Source: an uncultured virus (IMG/VR IMGVR_UViG_2049941000_000131)
Lineage: Duplodnaviria > Heunggongvirae > Uroviricota > Caudoviricetes
Direction: 5' to 3' (one strand)
IMG/VR virus record: IMGVR_UViG_2049941000_000131
Length of the DNA stretch: 38,188 nt
The position numbers were made by a program, and so were the translations under genes. Positions 29,015-38,046 of the stretch are shown one piece after another (the first letter of the stretch is position 1; each line of letters starts with the position of its first letter). The notes beneath the pieces were generated by a model. That model made no database searches, was not told where the DNA came from, and was given only the letters and a program-made list of their open reading frames with translations.

Positions 29015-29524
29015 GAACACAGTTCTATCTCTGACATCTAACTCTTCTCTATTCTCTAAATCTTTATCTTTCTCTAACTCTAACTCTGTGTTACAGCTTG
29101 TTTCAAGAACGTTACATTCCGTTACCTTGCTGTTGCTTTGTAACAGCTTTTCGTTACATTGTAACGCTTTACGGTGTTTCCTTACCCTTTCGGCTGAATC
29201 ACATTCTTTCCCGATGTTATCAGGAACTGCCGTAAGAGTAAATTCATCTGTAGACTTTTGCTCAATCAGTCCGTAACGCTCCAAAAATCCGATAGTTACT
29301 CTTACATTTTCTTCGTCCTCGTCAAGAGTCAATGCCATTTCGCTTGCAAAGTCTTCTTCTATGCCCTCATAATAAATTACGCCCTCGTCTTTAAGGCTTA
29401 ATAACTGCATTTTTAAATAAATGATAACATATGTATCGCCGCCTGCGACCTTTCGCATTTTCTTAATTGCCTTGTCATTGAAAAACGTTGTTTTTAGCTT
29501 CAACCAGTAGTATTTTTTCGCCAA
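29015..29524 (-). CDS. Phage replisome organiser / replication initiator (3' end in gap)
   Basis: KKYYWLKLK..FF...IKKMRKVAGGDTYVIIYLKM N-terminal domain and SAERVRKHR. Confidence 0.9.
29090..29172. repeat. Probable origin iterons within the initiator gene
   Basis: Cluster of GTTAC/GTAAC direct and inverted repeats, including the palindrome CGTTACATTGTAACG. Confidence 0.55.
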
Positions 29525-29588
29525 TTTATCATCTCCTTACTAAACCGCCAAAAGCAGTGATAATTTGCATGCTTTTATGCAACAAAAA

Positions 29589-29924
29589 CTATTTTTCATT
29601 GCCTTTTGTTTTATGAATGTAATAGACATATTCAACATAATCAACAACTCTTTCGAGTTCTTTACCGTCCAAACTGTTAATTGCTTTAACTGTAATATTA
29701 GGCAGTATAGTTAATTTTTCCTCCGGCAGTCCAAGCAAATAATCAGCGCTTACATCAAAAAATGCTGCTATATCAATAATTGACAGAGTCGAGGGCAAAA
29801 ACATATCTTTTTCCCATGACGCTAAACTTGTAACGGTTGTCCCTAACTTATCAGCCAGTGTATATCGAGAAAGCCCCTTGCTTTCCCTTAGCCTTTGTAA
29901 TCTCTCTCCGAAACTGTCTTTCAT
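29589..29924 (-). CDS. XRE-family HTH regulator (allelic fragment at 29935-30050)
   Basis: FGERLQRLRE...LASWE...FFDVSADYLLG. Confidence 0.88.
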   Translation of the reverse strand: MKDSFGERLQRLRESKGLSRYTLADKLGTTVTSLASWEKDMFLPSTLSIIDIAAFFDVSADYLLGLPEEKLTILPNITVKAINSLDGKELERVVDYVEYVYYIHKTKGNEK

Positions 29925-30060
29925 NNNNNNNNNNGTTTCCCATGACGCTAAACTTGTAACGGTTGTCCCTAGCCTATCAGCCAGTGTATATCGAGAAAGT
30001 CCCTTGCTTTCCCTTAGCCTTTGTAATCTCTCTCCGAAACTGTCTTTCATNNNNNNNNNN

Positions 30061-30353
30061 ATCGGAAAGAACACGGTTGAGATCGTTCAAAATCTCTTCT
30101 TCGCTTGTGTATTTACTCTCACAAAGTTCAAATCTTATATCGTCGCCGCAGTATGTACTTTCTGCCCATTGCTTATAACCGTAAGGATAACAGCGTACCG
30201 ATATAATCCCACAGTGACCGCTGAGATCAACAAAGAATGTCGGCTTATCGCCCGTGCATTCCTGCTTTGTAGGTGTGTTGTTGTAAAACAACGCTCTCTC
30301 AACGATACGGAGCACCGTATCTCTGACTTTTGTTGACATTGGCTTCATGTTTT
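30061..30353 (-). CDS. Hypothetical protein allele 2 (start at 11049)
   Basis: Homologous to 28655-29004. Confidence 0.7.
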
Positions 30354-30363
30354 NNNNNNNNNN

Positions 30364-31160
30364 GTATGCAGATATATTTCGCATTAACTAATCCGTTTTC
30401 TTTTTCGTCCGATATTACATCATCACACAAAATTCTGTCGTCAAACAACGTCAATATTTCCATGGGCGAAATGCTGTGTGGTGTTGTTGGGTCAATGGTT
30501 GATATTTTCGGCGGTGAGCTGTATTATGATAATTTCACCGTAAGTTTACTGTCACGGCGAGGAACCGATACGGGAATAGCTTTGCGGTACGGTTCGAACA
30601 TATCATCAAAAAAACAAGATAGTGATACACAGACAGTTTATACACACATAGCTCCGTATGCGTATGTAACGCTAAAAGATTTGCGTAACGGAAACGAATC
30701 GTCATACTATTTCTTCTATAACGGCTCGAATCACGAAAACACGATAGCTATACCGAACAGCATTTTGACATATGAAAAAGTATTAAGCTATGATTTTACA
30801 GACAGAATGCAGGACGTTGTTTTAAGAGAAATAAGCGAAGGTAATTTCGAAAATTGGCAGGACGTGCAGGATAGGCTGCAGGAAGAAGCAGAAAACTACA
30901 TCAGCAAATACAGCGCACAATTAACGCAAATATCGGCAAATGTAGAAATTGATCTTGCGGAAACTCTTCAAGGCTTGCAGCAATGCAAACTGGGCGATAC
31001 CGTTTTAATTGATTTCGGCGATAACGGCACAACGTCGAGAGTTAAAATTATAAAAACCGTTTATGATTCCTTGGCAGAAAAGTACATCAAGATGGAGCTT
31101 GGACAGCCAAAAAAGACCATAGCGGATATGATTACCGTCAAGAATTTGGGAGGTGCATAA
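30364..31160 (+). CDS. Tail hub / endopeptidase-type tail protein, C-terminal part (allelic end at 31209-31334)
   Basis: RRGTDTGIALRYGSNI and LGDTV...KTVYD...ELG. Confidence 0.8.
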
Positions 31161-31333
31161 TGAACACTATCATACATGACTTAACGCTTGATTTTAGCNN
31201 NNNNNNNNGCAAGGGCAAAAATCATAAAAACTGTTTATGATTCGCTCGAAGAAAAATATATAAAAATGGAGCTTGGACAGCCAAAAAAGACCATAGCGGA
31301 TATGATCACCGTTAAGAATTTTGGAGGTGCATA

Positions 31334-32176
31334 ATGAACACTATCATACATGACTTAACGCTTGATTTTAGCGAAAATCGGAGCTTAAAAGTCGTAAAGC
31401 TAAAACAAAACGACAATGCATTTACGCATATCAGATTGACGTTGACGCATAACGGCACACAAATACAGCTTGACTCCAACGAAGAAGAAGCATACGTTAG
31501 CGCAAGTGTTGGCGGTGTTGCCGTAGTCGTAAATGACAGCTGCACGATCACGGGCAACAAAATAGAAATCGACGTAACGGAACAAATGACGGCACTTTCG
31601 GGCGAGGGTGTATGCGACGTAAAAATCACAAAAAACGGATTCGTGATATATACCGCAAGCTTTAGATTGTTGATAGAACCGTCGGCAGTAAATACAGATA
31701 CACCCGAAATCATACCGACGACGGATTTTGTTGAAAACTTTGCGGAACAGACACAAATTGATTGGACGACATATATTATCGAAGCCTTTAAAGCTATGTA
31801 TCCCGATTATACGGAAACGATAACAACAAAAAATCTTGCAGATGAATCAACATCATATTTTGATGATCCGCCTTTTGATATTTTATCAACAACGCAGTTT
31901 GATTCGACAGCAGACGGACTTTTTATAGTTAAGAACGGAGAGTTAATTTCAAGGAGTGCCTATTCTTTCGATTTATCGCACCTGTCATCTGCTATGACTT
32001 GGATCATTTATGATGATACAAAAGTATCGTTTAGTGTCGGGGATGTCGTAACGTTGAGGATTTATAAAAAGCCGTCTGCATCGGGCGGAAGTGGAGGACT
32101 TACCGCCTCTGCCTACCCCAATATATCAAGCTTAACAACCGACAGCATATCGGGAACAGTTACACAAGGAGAGTGA
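31334..32176 (+). CDS. BppU-like baseplate upper protein
   Basis: LTLDF...KQND...IRLTLTHNG...TEQMTALSG N-terminal domain. Follows the hub gene. Confidence 0.7.
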   Translation: MNTIIHDLTLDFSENRSLKVVKLKQNDNAFTHIRLTLTHNGTQIQLDSNEEEAYVSASVGGVAVVVNDSCTITGNKIEIDVTEQMTALSGEGVCDVKITKNGFVIYTASFRLLIEPSAVNTDTPEIIPTTDFVENFAEQTQIDWTTYIIEAFKAMYPDYTETITTKNLADESTSYFDDPPFDILSTTQFDSTADGLFIVKNGELISRSAYSFDLSHLSSAMTWIIYDDTKVSFSVGDVVTLRIYKKPSASGGSGGLTASAYPNISSLTTDSISGTVTQGE

Positions 32177-32180
32177 TAAT

Positions 32181-32278
32181 ATGTCAAGCACAATGCAGAT
32201 GTACAGAACAGCGGTAAGCGTTGCAAAAGCTGATTTTTATACCGCGCTAAACGATTTGTTAGAAAACTATGCCTTTGC
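32181..32278 (+). CDS. Minor tail protein N-terminus (continues at 6613-7256)
   Basis: RBS AAGGAG, with sequence overlap to both alleles. Confidence 0.65.
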
Positions 32279-32288
32279 NNNNNNNNNN

Positions 32289-32392
32289 CCCTCGGTCACT
32301 TCACATTTCAAGCACCGATTAAAAAAGCCTAAGCCGTTGTTTTGGAAAAATCCGCTTGGGCTTGTGTTTGACGGATATAATATAGGCAACAT
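32289..32392 (-). CDS. Tail hub protein N-terminus
   Basis: MLPILYP...NNGLG...CEVTE. TAATG overlap with the Dit stop. Confidence 0.75.
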
Positions 32393-32733
32393 TACAATCG
32401 CCTCCAGTTCGGAGTTATATCAATAGAAAAGCTGTTGTTTCCTGTAATGGTAATATTGTTTTCTCCTGCTTTTAGTGTGGGTAAATACAGCCCCGAAAGT
32501 TTGTCATTACAGGAGCCGCCGCCATCGTATACGTCCTCGTTTGGTTTGTCAATAATTATGTAATTGTTGACTCCGGTTAGATTGAATGACACATTACCAA
32601 CCGATACGGAAAAATTACCGCTGCCGTTTATTTTAATGATTGGTTCGCTGTCCCATTGTTCGGGGTTAATGATCGTCGCTGATACTGCGTTATTCGCAGA
32701 GGTCAGGCTTATTGTATTTATTCCGATATCAGA
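32392..32733 (-). CDS. Distal tail protein C-terminus (allele)
   Basis: Near-identical to 22952-23149 and ends LPTLKAGENNI...TPNWRRL. Confidence 0.85.
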   Translation of the reverse strand, partial: SDIGINTISLTSANNAVSATIINPEQWDSEPIIKINGSGNFSVSVGNVSFNLTGVNNYIIIDKPNEDVYDGGGSCNDKLSGLYLPTLKAGENNITITGNNSFSIDITPNWRRL

Positions 32734-32911
32734 ANNNNNNNNNNTTGCCGGCAGGCGACAGCGAGCCAAACCCGACCGTAATAACATCATCATAAGGAGT
32801 GATGACCATTGACAACACTCTATCTGCAGGAAAACAANNNNNNNNNNCTGCCGGCAGGAGACCGCGAGCCAAGCCTGCCCGAAATAACACCATCATAAGG
32901 AGTGATGACCA

Positions 32912-33214
32912 TTGACAACACTCTATCTGCAGGAAAACAAAGTTCTGCATACAGTAACCTACACGCAGAATTTTCAAGGCGAGAACGCTTTTGAAACACT
33001 GCGTATCATCTCGGCTAATACGATCTCGGGACACGCACTAAACGATTGTATTGTAGAGTTACACATCATAAATCCAAACGGCGAGGGCGATATTGTACAG
33101 CTGAATTTTGACGGCGAAACGGAGAAGGGCGAGCCTATGTGCGACATCTTGCTCAGCAATAAGTATACCGCCGTGAACGGCGAGCTGACCGTCTTTTTAA
33201 AGCTGTTTTGCGAT
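32912..33214 (+). CDS. Tail-region protein N-terminal part (other pieces at 34050-34294 and probably 33526-33652)
   Basis: TTG start after AAGGAG (MTTLYLQENK...QGENAFETL). Confidence 0.6.
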
Positions 33215-33656
33215 NNNNNNNNNNAGTAGACAGTTACACGATCGTAAAGCTCCAGACGGCGGCAACGGGATATGCCGCAACATATCAGCTATACAAAAAC
33301 GGCGCGGCTATCGCAGGGTCGGTAGTCAATATCCCGAAGGACTATCTTGTAAAGTCGGCAGAGATCAAAACCTGTTCGACAGCCGACACACCCGTACAGG
33401 GTTACGTTGTCGGGGATAAATATATCGATTTTGCTGTAAACACCGTTGACAACGACGGCACGGCGAGTCATATCTATCTGCTTGTGTCGGAGCTTGTGGA
33501 CGCATACACGGCAGGNNNNNNNNNNGGAGATTATCGAAAACGGTGTTGACGAACAAAAAGTCGAGGAATATATTGTCGGGTATCTCGACACACACGAAAT
33601 AGTTGACGAGCTGACAGCCGCCGAAGTTGCGGAAATTTTTGAGGAGGAATAAACAG

Positions 33657-34039
33657 ATGAGTACAACAAAAGTTGCAGGAATTACGGCATTGACGGAATT
33701 TTTATCAAAATGCGATGACAGATACGCAAGAGCAGGCGAGATTCCGGGGGTAGACAGTTACACGATCGTAAAGCTCCAGACGGCGGCAACCGGATATGCT
33801 GCAACGTATCAGTTATACAAAAACGGCGCGGCTATTGCAGGGTCGGTAGTCAATATCCCGAAGGACTATCTTGTAAAGTCCGCCGAAGTCAAGACGTGTA
33901 CAACGGCAGATACACCGGTGCAGGGCTACATCGTGGGCGATAAGTATATCGATTTTGTTGTAAACACAGTTGACAACGACGGCACGGCAAGTCATATCTA
34001 TCTGCTTGTGTCGGAGCTTGTGGACGCATACACGGCAGG
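33657..34039 (+). CDS. Minor tail/fibre-associated protein N-terminal part (allele at 33225-33515)
   Basis: MSTTKVAGITAL...VNIPKDYLVKS...LVDAYTA. Plausibly continues into 2-217. Confidence 0.6.
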
Positions 34040-34303
34040 NNNNNNNNNNAATGACGTTATCGGACTCACAAACGAGGTCACGATCAAGATACGGGAACAT
34101 CAGGCGGTATCAAGCTATATGTCGGATGGTCAACTGACCTTGCTTGACCAATACTCTCAGACGTTCCACGAAGCCGANNNNNNNNNNGATACGATCTCGG
34201 GACACGCACTAAACGATTGTATTGTAGAGTTACACATCGTCAACCCAAACGGCGAGGGTGATATTGTACAGCTGAATTTTGACGGCGAAACGGANNNNNN
34301 NNN

Positions 34304-34523
34304 NGTATTTGACAGGCGGCAAATCGGGGAAAATGCCCCTTGCTCTCTCTATCATATCGATCATAATATCACTGTCCGAGCCGCCCGAATAGCTGCAAAT
34401 AGCTTTACGGTATCTACTCAGTTTTGAGATAATGATACCTTGTATTGCCTGAAACTTATTTGCAGGATCATAATCCGCATATGCAGGGCGTTCTGTATAC
34501 ACTCTGCTTTTGTACTCTCCCAT
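34304..34523 (-). CDS. PAPS-reductase-family protein, N-terminus
   Basis: AICSYSGGSDS PP-loop. Confidence 0.8.
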
Positions 34524-34732
34524 TAACGAAAGTCCTCCTCCCTGTACTTCTCTCTGTACATAATCTTTGCTTCTTCCTTAATCGCCTTGACCGCTCTGAT
34601 CAGATCGTCATAGTTGTTAAAATCCGCTCTCAGCTCCATGCGGTTCTTCGGCGTTCTCATTTGAATAAAGCCGTTCGGTTCGTCCTCTTCTGCCAACACC
34701 CAACGGTTGACAATTCTTGTAAATGCGTTCAT
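34523..34732 (-). CDS. Hypothetical protein
   Basis: RBS present, with a TAATG overlap to the next gene. Confidence 0.65.
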   Translation of the reverse strand: MNAFTRIVNRWVLAEEDEPNGFIQMRTPKNRMELRADFNNYDDLIRAVKAIKEEAKIMYREKYREEDFR

Positions 34733-34752
34733 TGCTTATTCTTCCTCTCCTG
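34728..34752 (-). repeat. 25-bp gene-boundary direct repeat, copy 1
   Basis: CAGGAGAGGAAGAATAAGCAATGAA, identical at 35499-35523. Confidence 0.9.
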
Positions 34753-35503
34753 AAATTTGTAGCTTTGCTATCTGCGCCGCTAACCGGTAAGCTTTAGCGT
34801 GCTTGTTATCGCCGTGGGTCGCTTTCACCATGCCAAGCCAAGTGTCTATATCTGTATTCTTACACCCGCATTTCACAAAGATTTTGCCGCCTTTTGCCTT
34901 GTAGAATGTGGTTGTATCATTTCTGCTGCCAATCGGAGTTACTGTAAATACGTCTGTTGGTTTTGTTATCTCAGCCGAGCCGTAAACCTCAGCCGAGCCG
35001 CAAACCGTAGCCGAGCCGTGAACCGTAGCCGAGCCGTGAACCATTGCTTCGTCGCAAACCTCAGCCGAGCCGTAAACCATTGCTTCGTCGCAAACCTCAG
35101 CCGAGCCGTAAACCTCAGCCGAGCTGTAAACCTCAGCCGAGCCGAAAACCTTAGCCGAGTCGTGAACTATTGCTTCGTCGCAAACCTCAGCCGAGCCGTA
35201 AACCTCAGCCGAGCCGCAAACCGTAGCCGAGCCGTGAACCGTAGCCGAGCCGTGAACCATTGCTTCGTCGCAAACCTCAGCCGAGCCGTAAACCTCAGCC
35301 GAGCTGTAAACCTCAGCCGAGCCGAAAACCTTAGCCGAGTCGTAAACCCAACAATTACCCTTTTGCGAAAGATTGCGTTCACTTTCTACAAAACCGCCTA
35401 AATCGCCTTTCTTTACGTCCGTGCCTATATCCTTTAAGGCTTTTATTCTGTGAAGTGTTCTTCCGTAAACTTCGATAGTTTCATCTGTCAATTCGTATTT
35501 CAT
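34736..35503 (-). CDS. Hexapeptide-repeat (left-handed beta-helix-like) phage protein
   Basis: MKYELT...LHRIKAL...GDLGG N-terminus, 21 VxxxAx units, and GSRNDTTTF...CGC C-terminus. Confidence 0.85.
   Translation of the reverse strand: MKYELTDETIEVYGRTLHRIKALKDIGTDVKKGDLGGFVESERNLSQKGNCWVYDSAKVFGSAEVYSSAEVYGSAEVCDEAMVHGSATVHGSATVCGSAEVYGSAEVCDEAIVHDSAKVFGSAEVYSSAEVYGSAEVCDEAMVYGSAEVCDEAMVHGSATVHGSATVCGSAEVYGSAEITKPTDVFTVTPIGSRNDTTTFYKAKGGKIFVKCGCKNTDIDTWLGMVKATHGDNKHAKAYRLAAQIAKLQISGEEE
34971..35348 (-). repeat. 18-bp tandem repeat array (21 units)
   Basis: Variants of GTTTACGGCTCGGCTGAG. Confidence 0.9.
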
Positions 35504-35523
35504 TGCTTATTCTTCCTCTCCTG
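35499..35523 (-). repeat. 25-bp gene-boundary direct repeat, copy 2
   Basis: Identical to 34728-34752. The 13-bp core AGGAGAGGAAGAA also occurs at 36216-36228. Confidence 0.9.
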
Positions 35524-36215
35524 TTTTCCCTGCCCACTGCTCAGCCATTGCTTTGGCTATGCCGGGGAAGGTTTTTGATCTCTCTTTTGCTGTTCTCGGG
35601 GAGTTATATGGTAAAATTTTACCGTTTTCATCAGTTACGTGTAACGAAGCACCTGAATAATATTTACCGTCTTTACACTGAACCTTTTCAGGCTGTACAA
35701 TCTTTGTACGACGCAATTCGGGCAAACCTTTTTAGCCATAAACATGTTTTTTTACTAACGGGATGTCCGTATTCATACGGCTCTATTATCTGATCAGGTT
35801 TTCGATAAAAGCTATTCATAACTCCGACCGGATTCTCTATTGCTATTCTGTCACAGTTTGTATTTACCGCAAATTCCATAAAAAACGAGGCTGCTTCAAT
35901 TCGTTTTCTAAATCTTTCTCTTGCCGATTTTCCATATTTTTCTTCGTTAAACCAACGATTACCGCTTACGGTAAGATACGTACACGGCGGGTGAGCGATT
36001 ATCAAGTCCCAACGCTCTTCTATCGTGTGGTTTTCTCCGTCCATCGTTGTGAATTCACAATGACCGTTGATGACTTTAAGCACATCACCCAATATATGCC
36101 ACTCGGGATGACCGCCCGACGGTTCCTGTATATCACAGCTGTATGCTTCGTGTCCGAGTTTTCGCATTTCTATACATACTCTCTGCGACTCCTCACACGC
36201 AATTAATACTCTCAC
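35507..36215 (-). pseudogene. C5-cytosine-methyltransferase-like gene split by a +1 frameshift
   Basis: VLIACEES, IAHPPCTYL, IENP and KKTCLWLK, with GLPEL...RSKTFPGIAKAMAEQW in another frame. The shift falls at the A5 run 35729-35733. Confidence 0.8.
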
Positions 36216-36355
36216 TTCTTCCTCTCCTTATACTCACATATCGGGCAGATATACTGCCGTATCGTCTTGTATTTGCCGCTGACGTTCCAATCAAGCCCAC
36301 ATTTCTTGCATAGGCGGTAGCAGTAACCGGGCTTATGCTTTTGGTTCGCTTTCAA
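36212..36355 (-). CDS. 47-aa zinc-finger protein missing from the ORF track (start uncertain)
   Basis: CKKCGLDWNVS...YICPIC, with a GTGA overlap to the methyltransferase start. Confidence 0.55.
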   Translation of the reverse strand: MKANQKHKPGYCYRLCKKCGLDWNVSGKYKTIRQYICPICEYKERKK

Positions 36356-36698
36356 AAACTTTTGTGTCGTCATCATACTCATACATTACTTTCCCGTTTT
36401 CATCAAGCTTTTCACGAACAAAGTCTATCCCGATCTCATCTATACAAACTCTATCAAGATGATCCCAGAAAATCTCATCCGTTCCGTACTCATCTGCGAT
36501 TCTCTCAGCTTCAACGAGTACAGTTTTAATCCGATTTTTTCCGAAACCGTAGTTGCGGTTAAGTGCGTAAGCCATAGCCTTAAAAATGCGCCGCTCAAAA
36601 CCGAGATATTTTTTTCTAAAAACATCTTTCGTATACTCCCGCAGAAGCTTTTCTTCTTTCTTCGTCATTTTTGCGTTATACGGTACTCTTGCCTTCAT
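36333..36698 (-). CDS. Hypothetical protein
   Basis: MKARVP...YGFGKNRI..., with RBS GGAGG. Confidence 0.7.
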   Translation of the reverse strand: MKARVPYNAKMTKKEEKLLREYTKDVFRKKYLGFERRIFKAMAYALNRNYGFGKNRIKTVLVEAERIADEYGTDEIFWDHLDRVCIDEIGIDFVREKLDENGKVMYEYDDDTKVFESEPKA

Positions 36699-36702
36699 GC
36701 TC

Positions 36703-36945
36703 TCATTCCCTCCGAATAGTCAGCAAATCGGCAATCGAGCAGTTGAAACTATCTGCAAGCTTTATAAGCTCTTTCAGCCTAAACGTTTCCGGCTCGTTCC
36801 TCCTTGTGCGGTACGTCGTTTCACCGACTCCAATAATGCTGCGTATGCGTTCATCGCTGTAATGATAGAACGACTTAAAAAAGCTGATGTTCCCGATCAA
36901 GTTATCCGTGATCTGCTCCTTTTTGTTTTTCCTTAGTCTTGGCAT
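36703..36945 (-). CDS. HTH-like DNA-binding protein
   Basis: IGVGETTYRTRRNEPETFRLKEL. Second gene of the early operon. Confidence 0.65.
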   Translation of the reverse strand: MPRLRKNKKEQITDNLIGNISFFKSFYHYSDERIRSIIGVGETTYRTRRNEPETFRLKELIKLADSFNCSIADLLTIRRE

Positions 36946-36967
36946 TATTCCTCCCTGTCCTTTCTTT

Positions 36968-37159
36968 CTACTGTGTCAATCTCTCAACGCTCGTTCTGAA
37001 AAAGCCTGCAAGCAGTTTCAGCGTCGTGAGTTTCGGGTTTCTGATCCCCTGTTCGAACTGTGAGATAGCCACCTGAGAAATGCCGATTTTTTCTGCAAGC
37101 TCGCCCTGCGTCAGGTTTTCGCTCTCCCGCAGCTCTTTCAAGTTCTTGCCAAATGCCAT
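36968..37159 (-). CDS. Cro-like XRE regulator
   Basis: 63-aa HTH (LTQGELAEKIGISQVAISQFEQG), divergent from the repressor. Confidence 0.88.
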   Translation of the reverse strand: MAFGKNLKELRESENLTQGELAEKIGISQVAISQFEQGIRNPKLTTLKLLAGFFRTSVERLTQ

Positions 37160-37240
37160 TTATTCATCCTCCTTTTCAATTTTCAAAGTACATAAAGTGT
37201 CACATTTCGCCGCTATTTGGCAAAATTTAAAACTACGTTA

Positions 37241-37269
37241 TTGACATTTAGTAAAACACAATATATAAT
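37241..37269 (+). promoter_or_regulatory. Rightward (repressor) promoter
   Basis: Perfect TTGACA-17-TATAAT. Confidence 0.8.
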
Positions 37270-37368
37270 AGTCTTAACCACAAGAAAATTTTATATTTTT
37301 TACTCAGCTTTCAAAACTCGGCTTTTTGACGGCTCAGGGTTTTGCGGCTCTATCGATAACATAGTTTT

Positions 37369-37397
37369 ATTATATATTAGATTTCTAAGAATTTCAA
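37369..37397 (-). promoter_or_regulatory. Leftward (lytic early) promoter
   Basis: TTGAAA-17-TATAAT. Confidence 0.75.
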
Positions 37398-37417
37398 TAC
37401 TTTTTATTAGATTTCTA
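37375..37417. promoter_or_regulatory. Two putative operators TATTAGATTTCTAA
   Basis: Identical near-palindromic 14-mers at 37375-37388 (promoter spacer) and 37404-37417. Confidence 0.7.
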
Positions 37418-37525
37418 ATATTTTTACCATTTGCACAAAAACCACTAAATATTTTTGTAAGGAAAAGAAAAAACGCTCGTTTGAGCATTAGAAAAAGCTA
37501 TCATTAAGAAGGGAGTTGATTATTT

Positions 37526-37748
37526 GTGACAACATTTGAACGAATTAATATGGTTTTAGAAGATCGGGGTATTGTACCCGCCCAAATGATGAAAGCTATT
37601 GGAGCGTCAGCCGGCTTATTTTCACAGTGGCGTACTGGAATGCAAAAACCATCTGCAGACAAAGTTGTTAAAATTGCCGACTACCTTGATTGCTCAGTAG
37701 ATTACTTATTAGGAAGGACTGATAACAAAGAAATGAACATCACCATAA
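37526..37748 (+). CDS. CI-like repressor allele B, N-terminal HTH
   Basis: SQWRTGMQKPS...KIADYLDCSVDYLLGRTD. The last 50 bp are identical to 1549-1598. Confidence 0.85.
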
Positions 37749-37758
37749 NNNNNNNNNN

Positions 37759-38046
37759 TCAAAAGTACATTTTCCCAAAGCTTCTTTAAGTCCGCTTCTC
37801 TCAATACGCTTTAGGCTTCTTCTTGCCACCATGCACTCGCAATCTCTGCACATTTCGTAAATACCGTCACTGAAATAAATCACACCTTTGTTTTTACACT
37901 TTGGGCAGTCTATTTCAGTTGGTTCGTCTTCTGAATTGTTCATAACTTCAATAGGATCATATGTTTTACAAGTTCGTTCCAATTCTTGCGATATAGTCAA
38001 GATCCTCTTGACTGATGCTGCCATAGCTTCCAATTTCTCGCTCTTC
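37759..38046 (-). CDS. DnaC/IstB-like helicase loader, N-terminal fragment (allele at 38057-38188)
   Basis: CPKCKNKG...CECM...ERSGL...CTF zinc module, which typically precedes the ATPase domain. The ATPase itself is not visible. Confidence 0.6.

Noticed and set aside
28655..29524. Replication initiator with a novel C-terminal domain
   Set aside because: This is a gap artefact, because the distal part belongs to the gene starting at 11049.
29589..30074. Tandem double-HTH regulator
   Set aside because: These are two near-identical allelic copies separated by gaps.
34799..35401. Overlapping repeat ORFs (SRAVNL and RLRFTA frames), or a CRISPR-like array
   Set aside because: The open alternative frames are a by-product of 18-bp coding repeats, and there are no unique spacers.
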